64,000 bases of DNA from the human T2T-CHM13v2.0 reference genome, Homo sapiens. Below are positions 19,278 to 38,371 of the stretch, piece after piece. The notes beneath the pieces were generated by a model. That model was not told the DNA's origin, did no database searches, and was given only the letters and a program-made list of their open reading frames with translations. The stretch is from the NCBI RefSeq assembly GCF_009914755.1, contig NC_060935.1; one strand, written 5' to 3'. A program made the translations under genes and the position numbers. Numbering within the stretch: the stretch's first letter is position 1; each line of letters starts with the position of its first letter.

Positions 19278-19912
19278 AAATCCAACCAATTTAAGAAACA
19301 AGCTATCCCCAGTCCCTAGAGCATCCCAGGCAAAATTTTGGTCCTGGAATCTAGCACTCCCCTTTGCCTAGGTATTTATTTATCTAACACATTCATCTAG
19401 CTTTGTCTCATGAAGTATTCTATGGTGAGAGATACAAAATCAATAACTTCTTGGTCTACAAAAACAGCCATTGTTCAAATACATCTTGTCGACCTTTAGT
19501 TCCCTCGGTTGAATAATTCCATCTGGGAAACATGTTTCCCTGTCAGGCCATCATCCAGTTCAGACCTGGATGCAAGTTATCATTTTTCTTCATGCTCCTC
19601 TTTAATCTCACGTTTACAGAGCCTTTCCTAAGGATTCTTAGGGTCCCTCAGGACAATGACTCTGAACTCACTATAATGGTTGTGTGCACAATGAAACTTA
19701 CCAGTAATTTCACTGATTACTGGTCAATCAGTGAACTGGTGTTATACTGATTTTGATCACTGGCTCTAAAATTCTGCCACCATTTAGTATGGCTGTCCCG
19801 GTAAATAGGGGGCAGTGTCTCTATTATAATAATTCTGGATTTTTTCTTTAACTTGAGGAGACCACCTTAAATCATTCCCTGGTTGTTAGCCCCTCTGGGA
19901 GAATCATTCTAG

Positions 19913-20497
<585 letters not shown>

Positions 20498-20750
20498 TGA
20501 CTCAGCTGCCCACATAACTTGCTCGTGCCTTCAGGACCTGTTCATGTCTGGTCTTGTACAGACTACTTCATCTTAATGATAGAATCTTCCTGGACATGCC
20601 CAATCATATAGCTTAGAGGGTCAGAGAGCATCAACTTGATGAAAGACAGCTCAGACTGCTTATGCTCCCAGTGTCCTGTGATAAGGCATTTATTTGCTAC
20701 AAGCACCCAGTAGTAAAACAAGGTCTGTTTCTCAAAAGAATAGTAATTTG

Positions 20751-21078
20751 GGCTGGGCGCAGTGGCTCACGCCGGTAATCCCAGCACTTTGGGAGGCCGA
20801 GGCAGGCAGATCACCTGAAGTCAGGAGTTCGAGTTCAGTCTGGCCAACATGGTGAAACCCCATCTCTACTAAAAACACAAAAATTAGTCAGGTGTGGTGG
20901 CAGGTGTCTGTAATCCCAGCTACTCAGGAGGCTGAGGCAGGAGAATTGCTTGAACCTGGGAGGTGGAGGTTGCAGTGAGCTGAAAGTGCGCAGCCTGGGC
21001 AACAGAGCAAGACTCTGTCTCAAAAAAAAAAAAAAAAAGAAAAAAAGAAAAGAAAACAAAACAAAACGAAAAAAGAAA
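20751..21078 (+). mobile_element. AluS, small internal deletion
   Basis: TSD AAGAATAGTAATTTG. Confidence 0.92.
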
Positions 21079-21834
21079 GAATAGTAATTTGCTTTAAAAA
21101 TGTGTCTTTGTTAGGGATCTTCACTGTGATTCTCCAATAAAGACATCACAGTTTCCTGAAGGGCCACAGACACTTTGCACACCATCAAATCCACTGGCTC
21201 ACAAGGGCCAAGTGGCAGAGCTATCTTGTGCTCCAACCTGAACCAGCTGGAGATTCTTCTGATGCTCTGGGCTCCGTTAGAGTTGACAGCCTTTTCAAGT
21301 CACTCAGCATGTCAGATATTGATGTGGGTTGACCCAAAATGTCCATTCTCCCTTTTTTCCATTATGTTTTAAATCTGAAGTTAAAATTTAAAATAGAATT
21401 TTAGCTGGGCAATGAATGCCCAGTCTATCATGCTAAATGACGCATGTGAATAAGTACAACACCCCAGGCATAGCACAGCCACATAATTGAAGGACCTCGG
21501 GTCCCTGGATGTTCTATGGAGCACAGCTGTTCTACCAGGCTTGGGCCACTTACCTCAAGATTGTCTTGTGAGAGGCAAATACGTTTCTGTCTTGTCTAAT
21601 GCATTGATAATTTCAGTGTCGTCTGTTTAGCAGCCAAACCAATAACTTAACTAATATATTCAATACAAATGGACTGGAGAACAAATCACACATTTAATAT
21701 GTGTTACCTCCAATAGCTAAAGGGCCACCAAGCTTTGTCCCCACTCCCCATCGCTCTCATTCTTTGTCTTTTTTTTATGTCCTCCTCTAATACAGTCCCT
21801 TCTCCACATATAGGCATCCTCAGCATCTTTCTGA

Positions 21835-22192
<358 letters not shown>

Positions 22193-22649
22193 CTCTCCTT
22201 TTTATCTTTCTTACACAAATAACATATATACACTTTTCAGTACCTCACTTTTTCACTTCACAATATGTATTTCCTGTATCAGTACATAAAAAAATTCACA
22301 ATTTTTTAAACAGCTGCACAGTGTTGTGCAGCTGTACCATATGTTATTTGACAGCTTATTGAGAAGCATGTATTATTTCCAGTCTTTTGCCATTTAAAAC
22401 AATTCTGCAACCATGACACACATACCATTTTGTACATGTGCAAGAGTACCTATATTTGTAGGATACAGTCCCAGAGGCAAGAATGCTGAATTAAAGGATG
22501 TATGCATTTGTAATCTGATGCATATAGACAAATGTTAGGACATATAGTTTGTTCTATTTTTGTATTCCTGTCAGTAATTTATGAGAGTCTTAGTTTCCCT
22601 ACAACCTTATCGATAGAGTGTGACATCTTACTTAATTTTGCCAATTTGA

Positions 22650-23043
<394 letters not shown>

Positions 23044-23046
23044 TAA

Positions 23047-23320
<274 letters not shown>

Positions 23321-24006
23321 ACCAATCTGTATTTCTTTTACTCAGAATTGTCTGTTCAGGTCTTTTTCTCATTTTACTGTTGGGTTGCTAGATTTTTCTC
23401 ATGAATATAAGGGAGTTCTTTATGAGACATTAGAAGTTGTAGAAAAGTTTTCCAGCTTGTCACTAGTGTTTTGACTTTGCTTGGGATGTTATGTTGTTGG
23501 AAATCCTTTTAATGGTTGCATTTATCAGTCATTTTAACCTTTACTTAGGAGAAAATCTCTCAATCTGCTCCAGACCTCTAGACCCTTAGAAACATGATGT
23601 GGTGTTGGGATCTTGTGTTTTTGTGGGATTTATCTTCCCTCCTGGAATGTAGGTGAGTGTCTTACTAAGCCATGTTGGTCATCTGCTACATCCTGCAGTT
23701 GTGAATCTTTAAATCACCATCAGGGTGGTTCAAGTCAGGCCTCTGTTCACCCTATCGTAGAGACGTTCTTGTTTTTTAATTACTATACAGATCAGGCAGA
23801 ACCTGCATGAGCTGCCCTGTAATTTGGTCACAGGGGACCCATAATCAATCACCTACTGCCAGGTAACAGAGATCCTGTTATTCCGAACATTACCCCGACC
23901 ATGCTGCCTATTTTCGTAAGAACATCCACCATGCCTTTGCCTAACCTCCGCCATCCTGGATCATGCTTTTTCTCCCCATAGAAATCAGGAAGCTCATTTC
24001 AATTTA

Positions 24007-24414
<408 letters not shown>

Positions 24415-24704
24415 CTAGCTCTTTAAGGGACATATTTTGGTGAGGAGTGAGCAGTTCACCCATTAAAAAACCACTCCAGCATTCCTATTTTCCTAAGCCT
24501 TTGAATTACTTCCTTTGTATTATACTAAGGAATTTCTGGCACCTCAACTTCAATTAGCATGGGTAAGCTACGGCAGACCACAAAGGAGACCAAGGTTTGT
24601 GCATTGGTGAGAATGACAGCTCAGACTTAGCTAAGGGTTCTCTCACTAGACTTTACAATTGCTTCAAAACCTTCACACATGATTAAGAATACATGTTGGT
24701 GTGA

Positions 24705-25837
<1,133 letters not shown>

Positions 25838-26084
25838 CAATGGGCCAGCTTTTAAAATAGAAATGGAGCACACAATGAGAATTGCTCCCAGCTGTTTGAT
25901 CTAGCCTAGCGATTTCAGAATCTCTGATAATTTCATTCACATTGATGATTTCAGCCTAAAGTTTTCATCTTTCCTACTTAATCTGGCGCCCTCAGAATAA
26001 ACCTTAGGTAGCCTATTTTTTTCCTCTAATATAAAGTAGCAAAAACTCTCCCCTTAGTCTGACTTTGTAATTGCCTCATTAGTC

Positions 26085-26138
26085 CCATCTAGGCACTCCT
26101 CAATCTAGTTCAGCTGACACCCAACATTAACCATCACA
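26085..26138 (-). mobile_element. MLT2-like (ERVL LTR) 5' stub
   Basis: Reverse complement TGTGATGGTTAATGTTGGGTGTCAGCTGAACTAGATTGAGGAGTGCCTAGATGG resembles the start of MLT2 LTRs. Confidence 0.6.
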
Positions 26139-26598
26139 CGTGCCCAAACTCATGCTACAGAGTGAGTCTGCTGGGCAGACACACACAGCCACTTGCACCT
26201 CTAACATCATCAGTTTTGGACAAGGACACGAAATGTCTGTTCCTGCTGCCTCTGGGAAGTGGCTGTAGGAGGGAGGCTGCGTGTGCCAGAATAGAGTCAG
26301 TATGGTTTCTGCTTTTTTGAATCACTTGCTTCCAGTTCATCTGATGAATGGAAACTTCATGTCAATGTCTTTATTCTAGATTGCAAAGTAGCTTGGGAAA
26401 GCAAATACCCAGCATTTTCAGCTTCTGTAGTGGAGGTTTGGGTCTCTCCAAATACAGAAAGCAGTGTTTAAATGCTGAGAAACCAAAAAAGAATGACAAA
26501 TGGCCACTTAGGGTCGTATAACTTGACACTCACCAAAAGAAGAAATTTCTCTCTCCAACTCCTCATCATTGAAAAGAGGCATTCAAGATATTTTTATT

Positions 26599-27272
<674 letters not shown>

Positions 27273-28328
27273 GGAGGAAAAAAACCGAGAATTATATCTT
27301 CTTTGTACTCTACTGATATGCTGAACCTATTGTATTTTCAAGTATTAGATTTTATACATATTAAATCCAAAAGTGTATGTCTTATATATTAAAATGTTTG
27401 AAAAATAGTAGAGTCATCAAAGAGAATATAATAAAAACAGCCTCTTAAAAAAAAGTTTGATTCTTAGTATTTGTTGGTACAATATACTAAACCCTCCTGG
27501 GTTTGTTTTGTTTTGCTTTAAGTAGAACCAATGATGGTCCCATCTCTTTGCAGGAAATTGGGTTCAGTGAGGGGCCGCTGCAGCCACACACAGTCCTTAA
27601 GTGGCAGTCCATTTCTAACTCAGAGCCTCTAGCCATCACACTAATCCTGGCAATATGAGAGTGAGACAGCCAGATCAAAGCCCATTTAGAGAAAAAAAGA
27701 AAATAATTCCAAACTGCTCCTTTGATGTCCCATTAGGCCATTAATATACATCACATCTGTTTAATTTAAAACTTCTGCCCAGTGCTGGTATGAGCTAATT
27801 GCACACCTCTCAAGACCCAGCATTAAGTTACTATGTGCTTGAATGGGAAACATGATTTGTGTGGTAGTTAATGATGGGGTTTAGAGTCAAGTCCACAGTC
27901 ATGCATTCTCTATTCTCTCCACCAGCCTGACTGCATGCTCCTCATAAATAACATTTTCAGTGGATGAGGGGACCGTAAATCTGTCCAGAGGCGGGACACC
28001 CTGTTCTACTCTCTTCCTGGACACTACCTTTTAATTCACTAGAGGATAATGAGAAGTTGGAAAGTAAGTATCTTCTCTCTCAGTGGCCTATAGTCATTTC
28101 TGTCCTGCCTTATTCTGTGTTACGGAAGAGATGGGAGGTTGTTAGGTTTTTGACAATATCTCTAACATACAACCATCATTTAGAATATCATTTCTATTCA
28201 TATTCCAGGCATTTTAGAGCATGGTCCTGTTTTTTGATTATAGAATGTTTTATTTTAGAGATTTATCAAGCTTTGTGCAAAAACTGGAGGAGCTGAAATA
28301 ATGGGGAAAAAAGTAAAGAAGACACAAA

Positions 28329-28994
<666 letters not shown>

Positions 28995-29413
28995 CTAATG
29001 TGGGAAATGCCATATCAGCATTAGCAGATTTTAGCAGAAAATGGCTCCTGCCTTTGCCTCCTGTCTTTACAGTACAGCAGGAGAAGCAGGTCTGTATTCA
29101 TGGAAAGAAACTGGAAGAAGTAACTGCAGGTGCTAGGGAGGGAATGGAGCCATGTGAACAGGTGAGTCGGGGTACAGGTGCAGAATGGGAGAGACTAGTG
29201 TGCATGTATGTCCATGGATTAGCACTCTCAGGAAAGGGACCCCTAATATGAGAAAGCCAGCATGGTCTAAAACCATGGGCCTCGTGAACAATACTTGGGT
29301 ATCTCTAGACAAATTTTTTTTAAAAGAAAGAAAAAGTTCATAAGGGTTTAGCACTCTTCTTGCGGTCCTGAAGTGCAGCCTAGGAAGAAAGGCAACCTTT
29401 AAAAGGGAATGTA

Positions 29414-29711
29414 GGCTGGACACAGTGGCTCATGCCTGTAATCCTAGCACTTTGAGAGGCCAAGGTGGGCAAATCACTTAAGGAGTTCAAGACCAGCTTG
29501 GCCAACATGGCGAAACCCCGTCTCTACCGAAAATACAAAAATTAGCCGGGTGTGGTGGTGTGCACCTGTAGTCCCTGCTACTCTCGGGAGGCTGAGGCAC
29601 GAGAATCGCTTGAACCTGGGAGGCGGAAGTTGCAGTGAGCTAAGAGGGTGCCACTGCACTCCAGCCTGGGTGACAGAGTGAGACTCTGTCTCAGGAAAAA
29701 AAAAAAAAAAA
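29414..29711 (+). mobile_element. AluS
   Basis: TSD AAAAGGGAATGTA. Confidence 0.92.
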
Positions 29712-30756
29712 GGGAATGTAAGTAAGCCTTAGTTGTGCCTGTTTTAGAGTTAGCCTACCTGGGAGACAGATGGCGGGTGGAGGGAAGAACCAGAATGATA
29801 AAGACCATACATTACACAAGTCAATGTTAGCTAGTTTTCCTCAAGGTCAGTGAACGCTGACTAATGTCAACATATTAGGTTAGAGAGTATCTTAAACTTC
29901 CACCAAACAATCCTGAAAAAACGAAAGGGAATATATATCCTGAGGGTGAGAGGGCTGTTGGAGAGATGATGCTGGCACTGCAAACAAAAATTTCTTTAGA
30001 ATTTGCTGTTTGATCTTAAAAATTCATATACATGTTGCATTCTGTTTGGTTTTTAATATAAAATATTTTAGGCTAATCACCATTCAGCAAAATTGATTCT
30101 CCAAAAAAACTGCATCCCTGTTAGTCTATGATTTTGCAAAGTCTATAGGCCATTGCTATGGGAATCTCTGAGGGGGCTGTACTGTCTGTCATTTGAGAAG
30201 CACATGAAAAGCAATTAGCTCATTTCCAAATGTTGTATATGAAAATATTGTGACTTTTGTAAAGCGTATTCAATCATTTAGCCAAATATTTTAATAGCCT
30301 GAAGAATCCCAGGGAATATAAAGTTAAACTTTGGCCTGTTCTGTTCTCAGTTGAGCAGATGAAGCTTTGCATGACTCCTTTCCTGCAGGAGATGCTTAGT
30401 TAAATCAGAGGCATTGCTCATTCTAAAAATTTGATCCAAATCTAGAGTTAGTGTTAAATGACACCATATGTTTCCTTTGGTTAAATAAGGTCAATAAATC
30501 ATGTTCCTTTTTGTTTCAGAAAACTGAGATATTTTAGTCTATTCATGTTGAAAGAACACTAATTGTGAATTTAAAAAACATGAAGGGGTTGTGGGGCTCT
30601 AAAAAACATGGAGGGGGAGCGTGGCCCTAAGTCTGTACTTGGCCTGATGGTCTTATCTTCAGAATTCTGGGGTATATGAGGTATTACTATAAAGATACAG
30701 GTCTGCTTCAAAAAACATATATCTTATTTTATTTTATTTTTTAGAGATAGGGGCTC

Positions 30757-31054
<298 letters not shown>

Positions 31055-31189
31055 CAGATAGGGGCTCCCTGTGTTGCCCAGACTGGTCTCGAACTCCTGG
31101 GCTCAAGGGATCCTTCCACCTTGCCCTCCCAAAATGCTGGGATTACGGGTGTGAGCCGCTGCGTCCTACCACAAGTATGCTTTGCTTTT

Positions 31190-31325
31190 GTTTCTTTTTT
31201 TTTTTTTCCTTTTTTAACTTCTTATTTAAGAAAAAAAAGAGAGAGAGAGAGAGAGAGACGGGGGATCTCACTTTGTTGCCCAGGCTGGTCTCAAACTCCT
31301 GGGCTCAAGCAATGCCCACCTTGCT
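31190..31325 (-). mobile_element. Alu left-arm/FLAM fragment
   Basis: GTTGCCCAGGCTGGTCTCAAACTCCTGGGCTCAAGC. Confidence 0.75.
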
Positions 31326-32599
31326 TTTCTTATGGCCTAAAGTAAGTAAAATAAAATGCTTTGAGAAATGATGGCATTGTTAAATAAACATATAACAAGA
31401 AAAGACAATACTCACTTGAATATACAAGTTAAAATTTAAAAATCATCAGTAACTAAATGAACATCAGAGTTAAGCACGAATTCCTTCCTTCAAAAAATGA
31501 AAAATCTCATTTTCATTTTTTGAATGAATACTCAGGCCTCTTTGATTATTATAACGATCCCAAAGTCCCTATACTACTCAATAATTATTTTGCCTGAAAA
31601 TATGTGGAGGAGGAGGGGATTAATAAAGATAAAAATCTCTTAATTGAATATAAACAATTTAACTGTTCAAGAATTCCCCAAGTAAATTTTATCTACATAG
31701 TGTGGGTTAAATGTGGGGGGAAAAGGGATGGTAGATGCAAAATGCAGTTATTTGCTTCAAAAATCTATCTGTGTGAGTAGCTCCAATGTATAAAAGATCA
31801 AATGAAGAAAGTTTTACCGGCTTGTTTCCAATGCCTCCGACTTATCTGGGTGGATCTTCCCCTCTGACTCATTCTGGAACAGTCCTCCATAAGTCAAGGA
31901 GACAGTTTACAAGCTGGGGAGGTTTCCCTTCATAACGGCTGAGGGAACTTATTCTCTCCACAACCACGGTTCAATGTGTCAGGTACTGACATAAGGAAAG
32001 AATGTCTCTGACCTAAGGAATTCATAATCTAATAGGGGAGACGGACAAATAAATAGGTAAGTTTAAAAATGTCAAGTTCCCTGTCAAGGTAGAAAAGTAT
32101 AGGGTGTCTTGGAGCACAGAAGAGGGTGTCCAGAAAGGCAAATGCAGATCAGATACAGAAGCAAGGCGTTGGGGTCCAAAATGCCCAGGTGGATGTCCTG
32201 GTCGGATCTCCAGAGTCCTACAGAGGACTTCCTCCACACAGGGCGGGTCAGTTTCAACCCATGGGAATGAAAGAGGGGGAAAACATGGAGAGCAGCTTCC
32301 AGCGCAGGGGGAGGAAAACATTCCCCAAGGAAATACTAGATTCCTGAAATATGTCCAGCCCTTGTGGAAAAGATGTAGTTCGGGCTGCAATTCGAGCAAA
32401 CTTCGGAGAAGCTTCAAAAGCTCCGACTTGGCAATTCAACTCAAAGCGCTCTTCCAAGCTCTTCCTATTCAACTGCAACTTCTAAGGCAAAGTCATTGTT
32501 TACAGCCTGGCGGAGTTGGAAGAGTCTCCAAAAACACAACTTGCCGTGACAGTTGGAGTTTATAACCACCCTCGGACTTTAATGACAGGCAAGTCTGAG

Positions 32600-33070
32600 A
32601 AGCTTCCAGCACCACGGCCTGACTGACTTCTGCGGGGCTGGAGGGAACGGTGGGTCCCAGATTTGGGACCACCCTTCTGCAGTGAACACCTCCCCCACAT
32701 TCTCGTTTGCCACGCCTCTAGGCCACCTGGAGCTGAAGTTTCGCTGTTTTCCACGGCATTTCCGGAATGCCAGGGCATGCCCTGTCAATCCTGCACGCCC
32801 TGCGGCCGCGCTGCTTTCTCCACCGGGGCAGCGCTGAGTAGGCGGGGCATGCGGGTGGGGCGGGGCTCCAGCCAGGGTGGGTGGGGCCTCTGCACGAACA
32901 CCTGCCTGTACTTGGGCCCGGAGCTTGGATCTCTGCCCAGAGAGCTCCGGCAGCCCCAGTCATCCCCGGCAATCAGGAGGCAGCGCCGCTCGGCTGCTGC
33001 AGAGGGCGTTGCCCGACTTAGCGACAATTTTGTCCTACCTCCTCTATACACCTTGCTCAAGTGACTGGAC
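32600..33070. promoter_or_regulatory. Small CpG island-like element (candidate promoter/enhancer)
   Basis: 24 CpGs counted in 32701-33030, GC-rich, non-Alu; NotI site about 32802; GC box GGGGCGGGG 32857-32865; FOX-like TGTTTAC about 32497. Confidence 0.65.
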
Positions 33071-35380
33071 TCTCGAGATTCAATTTCCTTATTCACAAAA
33101 TGGGGTTGATTATCGTTAAATTTCACAGCTGTTTGAGGATTAAAAGAATGACGTATCTATATTGTTTATGTGCCAAGCACTGACACTTATTCATTAGTGC
33201 TCGTTTCTTTCCTTTTTCTTTCCAAATTCAGTCTGATTCAGCAAATAGCTACCGAGGGTCTACTTGTTTCCAGTCACTGGGGATTTAATGGCAAAATAAC
33301 CCTCAAGAAGCTTATTGTCTAGTGGAAAAGACCAACAGGTAAACGGGCAGTGGGAAGTGCTGTGAGGGTGGAATTGCTGGGTGTTGGACAGGTAGAGGGG
33401 GCTGTGGAGGAAGAGCACGTTGCAGCTAGTTAGAGAGGTAGGATGAGAGCAAGGACAGGGAGAAGCTGGAAGTAGTACAGACCCTCTGGAAAGGTGAAGC
33501 TGGATCATGGGGCCAGATCATGAAAGAATTCCTAAATTATAAATTCTAGTGGCTACAGATTTTTATGTTGAAGCAGAGAGGAAACATGGAAGTATCTTAA
33601 GCAAGAGACTATGATGTGATTTGGATTTTAGAAAGATTCCTCTGGGTAGAGATCACATCGATGCAAGGCACAATTTAGCTCCTAAGCTCATTATTAGCAG
33701 CTTCATTTGAGGGTCACATAAAGAATTCCCCTAGGGTCTAAATAAAGTATTTGGAATTTTTTAGGTCAGGCCATGTAATTCTGAATTCTAGAAAATGACT
33801 AGAATTGGTTAGTTCTTTCTCTATAACTGGAATTGAGTTGGGTTTTAATATCCCCTCTATAAACCAGGCTTGATTTCAAACCAAATTTTATTACTCAGTT
33901 GGAAAAAGAAAACTTTTATACCTACATTAATCAACTGCCCCTTTGTAAACTTGCTTTCTCACTCACCTCCACGTGCCTAGCTTCTGGGATCAAGAAACCA
34001 GGAGGCAATGAAAAGTGTTATCAGACTTGCATTAAGACCAGCCCCTCCTTAAAGATGTTCTGGAGACAGAACTTAATCAGGTGGAGCTGGGCAGGGCTGA
34101 GGCTTCAGGCTCAGGCTCGCAGGCTGGTTTGGGGGATTAAAAGCCTAAACAAGTTAGTTGGGTTGTTCCTCTCCCATCATTTCCTGTTAGGTGATATGTG
34201 AGTTGGTTATGTTCTTATTTTAATGATTCACCCCTGAACATTGCTTCTGAAACAGCAGTTTGCAGGGTTAGCGAATAACTGTGCTGTCATCCCTATTTAA
34301 ACCCAGTGAACAGTGATTTAATCTCAGATGTGCTCAGTGCAGGCTTCAGGTTCTCTCTGTCTAGTCCTATCATTGCATAGGATGGGTGACTGAGCTGGTG
34401 TGGGGATGAATTAATTGGCTCCTCCTCAGAGTTCCTCCAGGTGGGCAGGTTCTAAAAGAGTGAGTCTTGTCAGCACCAACTCCTTTTTTGTGTGTGGCAG
34501 AAGGTAGGTCTGAAATTTTGCCCTGAGTTGCTCCTAATTTGTTCAGTGATCTGGAATTGCTCCTTCCATTCTTTGAGGCTTAGTTATAAAACAAGAGTTT
34601 GATAACATGCTGGAAATTTCCTTCCAGCTCTAGGAGGGTTCTGGTCATCAGAGCAGTCAATATCAAATCCCTACATTTAAAGGTACAGCGTGAAACTATA
34701 AAGAATTATCCTCAAACGCTCCTCTGGGTCTACACCTTTGCCTGGCAAGCAGTCTCTTTGTCATTGCAAATTGATTTCTAAATGAAACTGCAAATCTTGT
34801 CAAATATACAGGATTACATCAAGCTGATGAAAGTAATAATGGAGAGAGCAAGTTCTTTGCACAAACAGGGGTCTTGCTAGGGAGATTACCTAAAAGCTGA
34901 AGAAAAAAAAAATAAACAAGAATGATGACAACCTAAGTGCTTCAAAAGAGAATGATTAGATTAGCAAAGGATTAATAGAGACATTTTGAAAAAACTTGGT
35001 GAAGCCTATTTACATTTTTATAAAAATGGCAAGTCAAACATGATGGAAAATACCTGAAAAGTGATGTCGATAAAACAGTAAATACTTGATTTATTGGAAT
35101 TATAAATAATACTTGTTTTATAATTTCATTATGTTTTTCAAAATGAAATCCAAACTTTTTTCTATGAAATTTTGTTTTCCCCTTTGTGTCCATTTTAAAT
35201 GGCTTTTTCGGATATCACTATTTCCTTTATTAATCTTCAATCTTGTTTCAAAAGGGATTTAAGAGGCCTAACATTCTGTGTTGAATACCAGTATATTCTA
35301 AACTCTGTTGCCAAATAAATCCACTTTTAATACCTCTGATGGTTCTCATTTTAAAAATATATTTTGCCTATTAATTGGCA

Positions 35381-35670
35381 TTTTTTTCTTCTTCTTTTGA
35401 GATGGAGTTTCACTCTTGTCGCCCAGGCTGGAGTGCAATTGTGCGATCTTGGCTCCACCTCCTGGGTTCAAGCAATTCTCCTCCTTCAGCCTCCTGAGTA
35501 GCTGGGATTACAGGCACCCGCCAACACACGTGGCTAATTTTTGTATTTTTAGTAGAGATAGGGTTTCGCCATGTTGGCCATGCTGGTCTCAAACTCCTGA
35601 CCTCAGGTGATCCGCCCTCCTTGGCCTCCCAAAGTGCTGGGATTATAGGCGTGATCCACCACGCCTGGCC
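35381..35670 (-). mobile_element. AluS
   Basis: Dimer with small deletion. Confidence 0.9.
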
Positions 35671-35859
35671 GCCAGCAAATTTTTTTCTTTCATCTATCTT
35701 TTTTGTCTAGATATATATCCTCTTTTCCTTTATCAGTGACTTACAGACTTATCTTTCACAGTAATGATGAAACTAGCATATTTAGTCCTGGTGTGGTGGC
35801 CAGTGCCTGTAATCCCAGCTATTTGGGTGTTTTCAAACCACCATTTCCCCAATGACCCC

Positions 35860-37030
35860 AGCCAGAACTCTGAAGTTATCCTTGAGTCTTACCTCTACCT
35901 TGTCCCTTCCATCCAATCATTGTTTCGATATGTATTTATTAAGGCTCCAGTAAGTGCCAATCACTGTTTCTGTATGTGGAAGGATAGAAGGGTGAACCAG
36001 ACAAAGTCTTCACCCTAACACAACTCACATTCTCTCTCATTCTAGTGAGGGACACAGTCAACCTACAAACAAGTATAGATTTTATTGTCAGATATTGGTA
36101 AGTGCTATACAGAAAATAAATAAGGGTAAGGAGATGAAGAGTGGGGGGGCTATTTTAGGAAACCTGACTATATGTATTAATTTAATCTCCTAAAAGCCTC
36201 CATACCATGTCTTTCCATTCCACTGACATTATTAAGGCACTTCATCATCCCCTGTCTGGATGGCTCTAACTATCTCACGCCCTTTACTACCTTGAGTCCT
36301 AAATCATTAGACCCATATCTGATCACGTTATAGCCCTGCTCAAAATACTTCAGTGGTTCTCTATCCCACGGAGTATAAAGCCTAAACATCTCTGCCCTCT
36401 TGGCTGATAACCTTTCCTCCTATTTCACTGAACGAATAGAAGCAATCAGAAGAGAATGTTCATATCCTCCTGATACCGCGAGTACCCACCTTCCTGCATT
36501 TTTTGCCCAAATGCTCTGCTTTTCCTTGTGCTTTTAGGCATGCACTGTTCACACTCCTAAAATCAATACCTCCCCTTGTATTCTAGATCCCATCACTTCA
36601 AATGCCTAAGGATTTCACTCTATCAGTTTCCACTTTCTCTTCTGCATGATCAAATTTCCTCTCTTTACAGGAACATTTCCATCGCAGACATCTTATTTCT
36701 AGCATTATAAAATTCCTTGTTGATCCTCTTTTCCCTTGGTTACAGCCTCATTTCCCCTATCGCCAAGGCTCGAAGTTCAGTACTCTTGTCTCTTGTACAC
36801 TTAGTCTCTTCCTGATATCACCCAGTCTCATGGCTTTAAACCCCGCCTACCAGTATATGCTGACATCTCCTCTTTTATCTTCAGCCTAAAACTCCCCTTT
36901 GAACTACAGACTTGTATATCTAGCTGCTCTACAAAGCCTTGTCCTCTCTTCTTTACATTTCAGTAATGATAATGCCATCTTTCCTAGATTCTGAAGCCAA
37001 AAACCTTGGAGTCGATCTTGAAGTTCTTTA
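35860..37030. mobile_element. Cluster of L2 fragments
   Basis: TTCACTGAA..ATAGAAGCAATCAGAAGAGAA; CCCAGTCTCATGGCTTTAAA..TATGCTGAC; CCAAAAACCTTGGAGTC. Confidence 0.6.
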
Positions 37031-37114
37031 TTTTACGTCCAGCCCTCACATTCAAGTATTTGCTCAAATGTCATCTTCTCTGTGAGTCCTTCCTGTCTGC
37101 TGTATTTTTTAAAA

Positions 37115-37557
<443 letters not shown>

Positions 37558-38068
37558 TGAGATACTGTTTTTGGCTTAGTATCTTAACTAGGGAGGAGGG
37601 AAGGGTAGTTTCAGGAGCTTCTCCTAGGCTACCACATTAGTGGATAGTTCTTACCTCCCTGGCTAAGGACTCAGTGTGGGTTTCTGCTGAATATGTCTAT
37701 TCTAGTAACACATTTAGGGAGTAGGGAAATGGACATTGGAATGTCCACTGGAATGCAGAGCCATTCCATTTATTAATTAAGTTAAACTCCATTTATTATT
37801 TTATTGTCATATGCTTCACTCTACAAGGAGACTCATGATATTGCTTTGAGTCTTTGAGTATCAATTTCAAATCAGATTGGCATCCAGTGGTTCTTGAAAT
37901 GCCCCTTCTCCAGTGTGCAGCTATTTGAGTACATGGCCACTGGTCTCTTGGGCTGGGAGAATCTTTACCATATATACTTGCCATGGTGTTTCAGGGTCCT
38001 TCCTCTTGGAGACATACCCTCTCTTTTAGTCAGTGGGTTCCAAAGTTGAAAAACTGGCTCAAGGTTCA

Positions 38069-38371
<303 letters not shown>

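Noticed and set aside
32022-33126. Overlapping 70-153 aa ORFs on both strands at the CpG island
   Set aside because: GC-rich DNA is stop-poor; several starts are non-ATG and I recognise no protein similarity
34960-35200. Short AT-rich stretch with a coding-like frame (RDILKKLGEAYLHFYKNGK)
   Set aside because: Short, stop-bounded, no clear splice sites; could be transposon debris, but I cannot support a call
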